From NCBI RefSeq assembly GCF_009914755.1, contig NC_060948.1: 64,000 nt of DNA. The stretch is one strand, 5' to 3'. A program made the position numbers and the translations under genes. The notes below the pieces were generated by a model. That model ran no database searches and was not told the origin of the DNA. It saw only the letters and a list, made by a program, of their open reading frames with translations. Numbering within the stretch: position 1 is the stretch's first letter; each line of letters opens with the position of its first letter. Origin of the DNA: the human T2T-CHM13v2.0 reference genome, Homo sapiens. This document shows positions 51,154 to 64,000 of this stretch, piece by piece.

Positions 51154-53281
51154 AGATCCATATTTTTTAAATGAAAAAAAATTTCAAAGGTACTCTGCTT
51201 GGTACAATAATCAAATGTATAAACTGAGGAATAAAACATAACCATGAAACCTACTTATAACTGCATATGGAAAATACAGAGGATAATTTTTTAAATAACA
51301 TATTTTGAAAGCCTTAACTAGTAATTTGAAGAGCTGGCATTTGAAAGGCCAGTATGAATATACCTTCAAAGCAGCAACACAGGTTCCCCATGAGAAAAAG
51401 CAAACACAGGGAAAATAAAAACACAAAGGTTCAATCTCTTCTGACCTTTGAAAGACACAGCACAGACAGTGGTCCTTAGGACGAAGAGCAGGAGACCCCT
51501 AATTCCGTCACCATGGCGATAGGGCATAAACATTGCTGGGTGAGGGCACAATCCACATTGTGAGGTCCAACTGCTGCCAGGAAGACAGGAGTGCTTTTAC
51601 ATAGACCGAAAGGTCATTGAAGGCTCAGAGTTTTGTTTCAAGAACTGAATCCCAAGCCCACACGTTATTAGGCTGCGCTTCTTTAAAAAAGTTATGAGAT
51701 GGGAAAAAGGGCACCCACAAACATACGTATACATTATGTATATAATAATATACAGTATCATATATATAATATATATAACCTATGTATAATATTGTTTTAC
51801 ATCCTGCATCTTATGTTATATATATTGTATAAAATATAATAGTTGATAATATATAAGTTTTATAATTATACAATATGACATATAGTATATATTATAATTT
51901 ATGACATATATAATATATGTTATATGTCATATATAGAATATATTATACGGTTAATATACGTATTAAATATAAATTATACATTATATATATTATATATAAT
52001 ATATCTGTTATATATAATACCCATTATGCATAATATATATATTATATCTATGTTATATATAGTATAAAACAACATATAATAATATATAATTGTATATATA
52101 AAATGCGACATATAATATATATTATATTTTATAACATATGTAATATATATTATATATTATATATAATACGTTGTAAGTATAATACCTATATTAAATATAT
52201 ATTATATGACTATGTTATTAATTACATGTCACATGTGTTATATATTATATATTTTACATAGAATATACCGGTTACATACAATATATACTATGTTACCTAT
52301 AATGTATAATTTATTACATGTAAAATAAAGAATGCAATATATTATGTATAATTTATAATATACCATATGTGGAATGTGATATATATAACATATAATATAT
52401 GATATATGATATACAGTGTATGATATATAACATACAATATATGATTCCTAATATATATGGTATACAATATATATTTTATGATATGTATTCTATATGTTTT
52501 ATATTCTGTTATATATAACTATTTGAAATTATATATAACTGTATAATATTTTATGTAAATATGTAATATAATATATATAACTATATAATATATTATATAT
52601 AACTATATATTATGTTATATATACTTTTATAACATAATTTACATAAAATATCATAATATAATATATATTATATTATTTCATATTACATAATATATATTAC
52701 ATATCACCCAATATAACTAACATACATAATATTATAATATAGATTATATTGCGTTATATTAAATATCATATATATCATGTATCATATATTCTATAATATA
52801 TATTACACATTATATAATATGTATGTTGTCTATTATGTGATATATATAACTATATATATAATTATATTTTTATACATATAACTAGATAAACATGTAATTC
52901 TACATATTTTCATTTATAATATGTAGAATTATATAATCATATATAATTATTTATATTCTATAAAAAATTTTATCATTATATAAATTATAATATATAAAAA
53001 TTATAATATGTACTACAAATATATATATTATATATCATATATGCTATAGTACTATTGTTATATTTCATAATACATATAAATGTGTATTATGTTATCTATA
53101 ATTATATAATTTCATATATAAGGTGTATAATATGTATCATAAATTATATATGTTGTGTAATATATATAGTATATATAAGATGACACAGGATAAATATTAT
53201 ATACTATGACATATAAAATATATGAGGTTATATGTTACATATAAGGCATAGCACATAACATGTAATATATATCATATATAA

Positions 53282-53573
53282 TTTTTTTTTAGACAGAATC
53301 TTGTCCTGTTGCACAGGGTGGGGTACAATGGCGCCATCTTTGCTGACTGCAAATTCTGCCTCACGGGTCCAAGCGATTGTCCTCCCTCAGCCTCCCAGGT
53401 AGCTGGGACTACACCACACTGGGACTACACCAGCTGCCACCATGCCTAGCTAATTTTTTGGATTTTTAGTAGTGACAGCGTTTCACTGTATTGGCCAGGA
53501 TGGTCTTGATCTCTTCACCTTGTGATCCCCTTGCCTTGGCCTCCAAATTTGCTGGGATTACAGGCCTGAGCCA
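53282..53573 (-). mobile_element. Diverged Alu, U23
   Basis: Copy; ctgac/aattc type. Confidence 0.95.
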
Positions 53574-55678
53574 AGATCCATATTTTTTAAATGAAAAAAA
53601 ATTTCAAAGGTACTCTGCTTGGTACAATAATCAAATGTATAAACTGAGGAATAAAACATAACCATGAAACCTACTTATAACTGCATATGGAAAATACAGA
53701 GGATAATTTTTTAAATAACATATTTTGAAAGCCTTAACTAGTAATTTGAAGAGTTGGCATTTGAAAGGCCAGTATGAATATACCTTCAAAGCAGCAACAC
53801 AGGTTCCCCATGAGAAAAAGCAAACACAGGGAAAATAAAAACACAAAGGTTCAATCTCTTCTGACCTTTGAAAGACACAGCACAGACAGTGGTCCTTAGG
53901 ACGAAGAGCAGGAGACCCCTAATTCCGTCACCATGGCGATAGGGCATAAACATTGCTGGGTGAGGGCACAATCCACATTGTGAGGTCCAACTGCTGCCAG
54001 GAAGACAGGAGTGCTTTTACATAGACCGAAAGGTCATTGAAGGCTCAGAGTTTTCTTTCAAGAACTGAATCCCAAGCCCACACGTTATTAGGCTGCGCTT
54101 CTTAAAACAAGTTATGAGATGGGAAAAAGGGCACCCACAAACATACGTATACATTATGTATATAATAATATACAGTATCATATATATAATATATATAACC
54201 TATGTATAATACTGTTTTACATCCTGCATCTTATGTTATATATATTGTATAAAATATAATAATTGATAATATATAAGTTTTATAATTATACAATATGACA
54301 TATAGTATATATTATAATTTATGACATATATAATATATGTTATATGTCATATATAGAATATATTATACGGTTAATATACGTATTAAATATAAATTATACA
54401 TTATATATATTATATACAATATATCTGTTATATATAATACCCATTATGCATAATATATATATTATGTCTATGTTATATATAGTATAAAACAACATATAGT
54501 AATATATAATTGTATATATAAAATGCGACATATAATATATATTATATTTTATAACATATGTAATATATATTATATATTATATATAATACGTTGTATGTAT
54601 AATACCTATATTAAATATATATTATATGACTATGTTATTAATTACATGTCACATGTGTTATATATTATATATTTTACATAGAATATACCGGTTACATACA
54701 ATATATACTATGTTACCTATAATGTATAATTTATTACATGTAAAATAAAGAATGCAATATATTATGTATAATTTATAATATACCATATGTGGAATGTGAT
54801 ATATATAACATATCATATATGATATATGATATACAGTATATGATATATAACATACAATATATGATTCCTAATATATATGGTATACAATATATATTTTATG
54901 ATATGTATTCTATATGTTTTATATTCTGTTATATATAACTATTTGAAATTATATATAACTGTATAATATTTTATGTAAATATGTAATATAATATATATAA
55001 CTATATAATATATTATATATAACTATATATTATGTTATATATACTTTTATAACATAATTTACATAAAATATCATAATATAATATATATTATATTATTTCA
55101 TATTACATAATATATATTACATATCACCCAATATAACTAACATACATAATATTATAATATAGATTATATTGTGTTATATTAAATATCATATATATCATGT
55201 ATCATATATTCTATAATATATATTACACATTATATAATATGTATGTTGTCTATTATGTGATATATATAACTATATATATAATTATATTTTTATACATATA
55301 ACTAGATAAACATGTAATTCTACATATTTTCATTTATAATATGTAGAATTATATAATCATATATAATTATTTATATTCTATAAAAAATTTTATCATTATA
55401 TAAATTATAATATATAAAAATTATAATATGTACTACAAATATATATATTATATATCATATATGATATAGTACCTTTGTTATATATCATAATACATATACA
55501 TGTGTATTATGTTATCTATAATTATATAATTTCATATATAAGATGTATAATATGTATCATATATTATATAAGTTATGTAATATATATAGTATATATAAGA
55601 TGACACAGGATAAATATTATATACTATGACATATAAAATATATGAGGTTATATGTTACATATAAGGCATAGCACATAA

Positions 55679-55993
<315 letters not shown>

Positions 55994-58098
55994 AGATCCA
56001 TATTTTGTAAATGAAAAAAAATTTCAAAGGTACTCTGCTTGGTACAATAATCAAATGTATAAACTGAGGAATAAAACATAACCATGAAACCTACTTATAA
56101 CTGCATATGGAAAATACAGAGGATAATTTTTTAAATAACATATTTTGAAAGCCTTAACTAGTAATTTGAAGAGTTGGCATTTGAAAGGCCAGTATGAATA
56201 TACCTTCAAAGCAGCAACACAGGTTCCCCATGAGAAAAAGCAAACACAGGGAAAACAAAAACACAAAGGTTCAATCTCTTCTGACCTTTGAAAGACACAG
56301 CACAGACAGTGGTCCTTAGGACGAAGAGCAGGAGACCCCTAATTCCGTCACCATGGCGATAGGGCATAAACATTGCTGGGTGAGGGCACAATCCACATTG
56401 TGAGGTCCAACTGCTGCCAGGAAGACAGGAGTGCTTTTACATAGACCGAAAGGTCATTGAAGGCTCAGAGTTTTGTTTCAAGAACTGAATCCCAAGCCCA
56501 CACGTTATTAGGCTGCGCTTCTTAAAACAAGTTATGAGATGGGAAAAAGGGCACCCACAAACATACGTATACATTATGTATATAATAATATACAGTATCA
56601 TATATATAATATATATAACCTATGTATAATACTGTTTTACATCCTGCATCTTATGTTATATATATTGTATAAAATATAATAATTGATAATATATAAGTTT
56701 TATAATTATACAATATGACATATAGTATATATTATAATTTATGACATATATAATATATGTTATATGTCATATATAGAATATATTATACGGTTAATATACG
56801 TATTAAATATAAATTATACATTATATATATTATATACAATATATCTGTTATATATAATACCCATTATGCATAATATATATATTATGTCTATGTTATATAT
56901 AGTATAAAACAACATATAATAATATATAATTGTATATATAAAATGCGACATATAATATATATTATATTTTATAACATATGTAATATATATTATATATTAT
57001 ATATAATACGTTGTATGTATAATACCTATATTAAATATATATTATATGACTATGTTATTAATTACATGTCACATGTGTTATATATTATATATTTTACATA
57101 GAATATACCGGTTACGTACAATATATACTATGTTACCTATAATGTATAATTTATTACATGTAAAATAAAGAATGCAATATATTATGTATAATTTATAATA
57201 TACCATATGTGGAATGTGATATATATAACATATAATATATGATATATGATATACAGTATATGATATATAACATACAATATATGATTCCTAATATATACGG
57301 TATACAATATATATTTTATGATATGTATTCTATATGTTTTATATTCTGTTATATATAACTATTTGAAATTATATATAACTGTATAATATTTTATGTAAAT
57401 ATGTAATATAATATATATAACTATATAATATATTATATATAACTATATATTATGTTATATATACTTTTATAACATAATTTACATAAAATATCATAATATA
57501 ATATATATTATATTATTTCATATTACATAATATATATTACATATCACCCAATATAACTAACATACATAATATTATAATATAGATTATATTGTGTTATATT
57601 AAATATCATATATATCATGTATCATATATTCTATAATATATATTACACATTATATAATATGTATGTTGTCTATTATGTGATATATAAAACTATATATATA
57701 ATTATATTTTTATACATATAACTAGATAAACATGTAATTCTACATATTTTCATTTATAATATGTAGAATTATATAATCATATATAATTATTAATATTCTA
57801 TAAAAAATTTTATCATTATATAAATTATAATATATAAAAATTATAATATGTACTACAAATATATATATTATATATCATATATGATATAGTACCTTTGTTA
57901 TATATCATAATACATATACATGTGTATTATGTTATCTATAATTATATAATTTCATATATAAGATGTATAATATGTATCATATATTATATAAGTTATGTAA
58001 TATATATAGGATATATAAGATGACACAGGATAAATATTATATACTATGACATATAAAATATATGAGGTTATATGTTACATATAAGGCATAGCACATAA

Positions 58099-58413
<315 letters not shown>

Positions 58414-60516
58414 AGATCCATATTTTGTAAATGAAAAAAAATTTCAAAGGTACTCTGCTTGGTACAATAATCAAATGTATAAACTGAGGAATAAAACATA
58501 ACCATGAAACCTACTTATAACTGCATATGGAAAATACAGAGGATAATTTTTTAAATAACATATTTTGAAAGCCTTAACTAGTAATTTGAAGAGCTGGCAT
58601 TTGAAAGGCCAGTATGAATATACCTTAAAAGCAGCAACACAGGTTCCCCATGAGAAAAAGCAAACACAGGGAAAATAAAAACACAAAGGTTCAATCTCTT
58701 CTGAGCTTTGAAAGACACAGCACAGACAGTGGTCCTTAGGACGAAGAGCAGGAGACCCCTAATTCCGTCACCATGGCGATAGGGCATAAACATTGCTGGG
58801 TGAGGGCACAATCCACATTGTGAGGTCCAACTGCTGCCAGGAAGACAGGAGTGCTTTTACATAGACCGAAAGGTCATTGAAGGCTCAGAGTTTTCTTTCA
58901 AGAACTGAATCCCAAGCCCACACGTTATTAGGCTGCGCTTCTTAAAACAAGTTATGAGATGGGAAAAAGGGCACCCACAAACATACGTATACATTATGTA
59001 TATAATAATATACAGTATCATATATATAATATATATAACCTATGTATAATAGTGTTTTACATCCTGCATCTTATGTTATATATATTGTATAAAATATAAT
59101 AATTGATAATATATAAGTTTTATATTTATACAATATGACATATAGTATATATTATAATTTATGACATATATAATATATGTTATATGTCATATATAGAATA
59201 TATTATACGGTTAATATACGTATTAAATATAAATTATACATTATATATATTATATATAATATATCTGTTATATATAATACCCATTATGCATAATATATAT
59301 ATTATGTCTATGTTATATATAGTATAAAACAACATATAATAATATATAATTGTATATATAAAATGCGACATATAATATATATTATATTTTATCACATATG
59401 TAATATATATTATATATTATATATAATACGTTGTATGTATAATACCTATATTAAATATATGTTATATGACTATGTTATTAATTACATGTCACATGTGTTA
59501 TATATTATATATTTTACATAGAATATACCGGTTACATACAATATATACTATGTTACCTATAATGTATAATTTATTACATGTAAAATAAAGAATGCAATAT
59601 ATTATGTATAATTTATAATATACCATATGTGGAATGTGATATATATAACATATAATATATGATATATAATATACAGTATATGATATATAACATACAATAT
59701 ATGATTCCTAATATATATGGTATACAATATATATTTTATGATATGTATTCTATATGTTTTATATTCTGTTATATATAACTATTTGAAATTATATAAAACT
59801 GTATAATATTTTATGTAAATATGTAATATAATATATATAACTATATAATATATTATATATAACTATATATTATGTTATATATACTTTTATAACATAATTT
59901 ACATAAAATATCATAATATAATATATATTATATTATTTCATATTACATAATATATATTACATATCACCCAATATAACTAACATACATAATATTATAATAT
60001 AGATTATATTGCGTTATATTAAATATCATATATATCATGTATCATATATTCTATAATATATATTACACATTATATAATATGTATGTTGTCTATTATGTGA
60101 TATATATAACTATATATAATTATATTTTTATACATATAACTAGATAAACATGTAATTCTACATATTTTCATTTATAATATGTAGAATTATATAATCATAT
60201 ATAATTATTTATATTCTATAAAAAATTTTATCATTATATAAATTATAATATATAAAAATTATAATATGTACTACAAATATATATATTATATATCATATAT
60301 GATATAGTACCTTTGTTATATTTCATAATACATATAAATGTGTATTATGTTATCTATAATTATATAATTTCATATATAAGATGTATAATATGTATCATAT
60401 ATTATATATGTTATGTAATATATATAGTATATATAAGATGACACAGGATAAATATTATATACTATGACATATAAAATATATGAGGTTATATGTTACATAT
60501 AAGGCATAGCACATAA

Positions 60517-60831
<315 letters not shown>

Positions 60832-62936
60832 AGATCCATATTTTTTAAATGAAAAAAAATTTCAAAGGTACTCTGCTTGGTACAATAATCAAATGTATAA
60901 ACTGAGGAATAAAACATAACCATGAAACCTACTTATAACTGCATATGGAAAATACAGAAGATAATTTTTTAAATAACATATTTTGAAAGCCTTAACTAGT
61001 AATTTGAAGAGTTGGCATTTGAAAGGCCAGTATGAATATACCTTCAAAGCAGCAACACAGGTTCCCCATGAGAAAAAGCAAACACAGGGAAAATTAAAAC
61101 ACAAAGGTTCAATCTCTTCTGACCTTTGAAAGACACAGCACAGACAGTGGTCCTTAGGAGGAAGAGCTCGAGACCCCTAATTCCGTCACCATGGCGATAG
61201 GGCATAAACATTGCTGGGTGAGGGCACAATCCACATTGTGAGGTCCAACTGCTGCCAGGAAGACAGGAGTGCTTTTACATAGACCGAAAGGTCATTGAAG
61301 GCTCAGAGTTTTGTTTCAAGAACTGAATCCCAAGCCCACACGTTATTAGGCTGCGCTTCTTAAAACAAGTTATGAGATGGGAAAAAGGGCACCCACAAAC
61401 ATACGTATACATTATGTATATAATAATATACAGTATCATATATATAATATATATAACCTATGTATAATATTGTTTTACATCCTGCATCTTATGTTATATA
61501 TATTGTATAAAATATAATAATTGATAATATATAAGTTTTATAATTATACAATATGACATATAGTATATATTATAATTTATGACATATATAATATATGTTA
61601 TATGTCATATATAGAATATATTATACGGTTAATATACGTATTAAATATAAATTATACATTATATATATTATATATAATATATCTGTTATATATAATACCC
61701 ATTATGCATAATATATATATTATGTCTATGTTATATATAGTATAAAACAACATATAATAATATATAATTGTATATATAAAATGCGACATATAATATATAT
61801 TATATTTTATAACATATGTAATATATATTATATATTATATATAATACGTTGTATGTATAATACCTATATTAAATATATATTATATGACTATGTTATTATT
61901 TACATGTCACATGTGTTATATATTATATATTTTACATAGAATATACCGGTTACATACAATATATACTATGTTACCTATAATGTATAATTTATTACATGTA
62001 AAATAAAGAATGCAATATATTATGTATAATTTATAATATACCATATGTGGAATGTGATATATATAACATATAATATATGATATATGATATACAGTATATG
62101 ATATATAACATACAATATATGATTCCTAATATATATGGTATACAATATATATTTTATGATAAGTATTCTATATGTTTTATATTCTGTTATATATAACTAT
62201 TTGAAATTATATATAACTTTATAATATTTTATGTAAATATGTAATATAATATATATAACTATATAATATATTATATATAACTATATATTATGTTATATAT
62301 ACTTTTATAACATAATTTACATAAAATATCATAATATAATATATATTATATTATTTCATATTACATAATATATATTACATATCACCCAATATAACTAACA
62401 TACATAATATTATAAGATAGATTATATTGTGTTATATTAAATATCATATATATCATGTATCATATATTCTATAATATATATTACACATTATATAATATGT
62501 ATGTTGTCTATTATGTGATATATATAACTATATATATAATTATATTTTTATACATATAACTAGATAAACATGTAATTCTACATATTTTCATTTATAATAT
62601 GTAGAATTATATAATCATATATAATTATTTATATTCTATAAAAAATTTTATCATTATATAAATTATAATATATAAAAATTATAATATGTACTACAAATAT
62701 ATATATTATATATCATATATGATATAGTACCTTTGTTATATATCATAATACATATACATGTGTATTATGTTATCTATAATTATATAATTTCATATATAAG
62801 ATGTATAATATGTATCATATATTATATAAGTTATGTAATATATATAGTATATATAAGATGACACAGGATAAATATTATATACTATGACATATAAAATATA
62901 TGAGGTTATATGTTACATATAAGGCATAGCACATAA

Positions 62937-63251
<315 letters not shown>

Positions 63252-64000
63252 AGATCCATATTTTGTAAATGAAAAAAAATTTCAAAGGTACTCTGCTTGG
63301 TACAATAATCAAATGTATAAACTGAGGAATAAAACATAACCATGAAACCTACTTATAACTGCATATGGAAAATACAGAGGATAATTTTTTAAATAACATA
63401 TTTTGAAAGCCTTAACTAGTAATTTGAAGAGTTGGCATTTGAAAGGCCAGTATGAATATACCTTCAAAGCAGCAACACAGGTTCCCCATGAGAAAAAGCA
63501 AACACAGGGAAAACAAAAACACAAAGGTTCAATCTCTTCTGAGCTTTGAAAGACACAGCACAGACAGTGGTCCTTAGGACGAAGAGCAGGAGACCCCTAA
63601 TTCCGTCACCATGGCGATAGGGCATAAACATTGCTGGGTGAGGGCACAATCCACATTGTGAGGTCCAACTGCTGCCAGGAAGACAGGAGTGCTTTTACAT
63701 AGACCGAAAGGTCATTGAAGGCTCAGAGTTTTGTTTCAAGAACTGAATCCCAAGCCCACACGTTATTAGGCTGCGCTTCTTAAAACAAGTTATGAGATGG
63801 GAAAAAGGGCACCCACAAACATACGTATACATTATGTATATAATAATATACAGTATCATATATATAATATATATAACCTATGTATAATACTGTTTTACAT
63901 CCTGCATCTTATGTTATATATATTGTATAAAATATAATAATTGATAATATATAAGTTTTATAATTATACAATATGACATATAGTATATATTATAATTTAT

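Overview
The whole window is one uninterrupted head-to-tail tandem array of a ~2,420-bp unit: 26 complete units plus about 1.09 kb of a 27th, all in one orientation. Periods read from the repeated ORF track are mostly 2420, with 2417 (x2), 2415, 2422 and 2418 (x2). Each unit has three parts: a diverged, slightly 5'-truncated Alu on the minus strand (unit pos 53-344), a ~570-bp moderately GC segment matching the description of HSATI (345-915), and a ~1.55-kb extremely AT-rich degenerate (TA)-based region. This architecture, the unit length, one MspI site per unit and a predicted 2,146-bp HaeIII fragment identify it as the known human DYZ2/HSat1B satellite, most likely from Yq12 heterochromatin (related arrays occur on acrocentric short arms). 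I see no credible protein-coding gene, structural RNA gene or CRISPR array, and I cannot support a novel gene system. The informative signal is in the differences between copies: two sequence domains with a sharp boundary near 35.9 kb, multi-unit duplications at irregular offsets (3, 4, 6, 8, 10 and 11 units), an apparently inserted foreign unit, near absence of CpG decay, and Pol III A/B boxes retained in the Alu. Unit starts used: U1 1, U2 2421, U3 4838, U4 7258, U5 9678, U6 12098, U7 14518, U8 16938, U9 19358, U10 21778, U11 24198, U12 26618, U13 29038, U14 31455, U15 33875, U16 36295, U17 38715, U18 41135, U19 43555, U20 45970, U21 48392, U22 50810, U23 53230, U24 55650, U25 58070, U26 60488, U27 62908. 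All variant calls were made by eye and need confirming by alignment.
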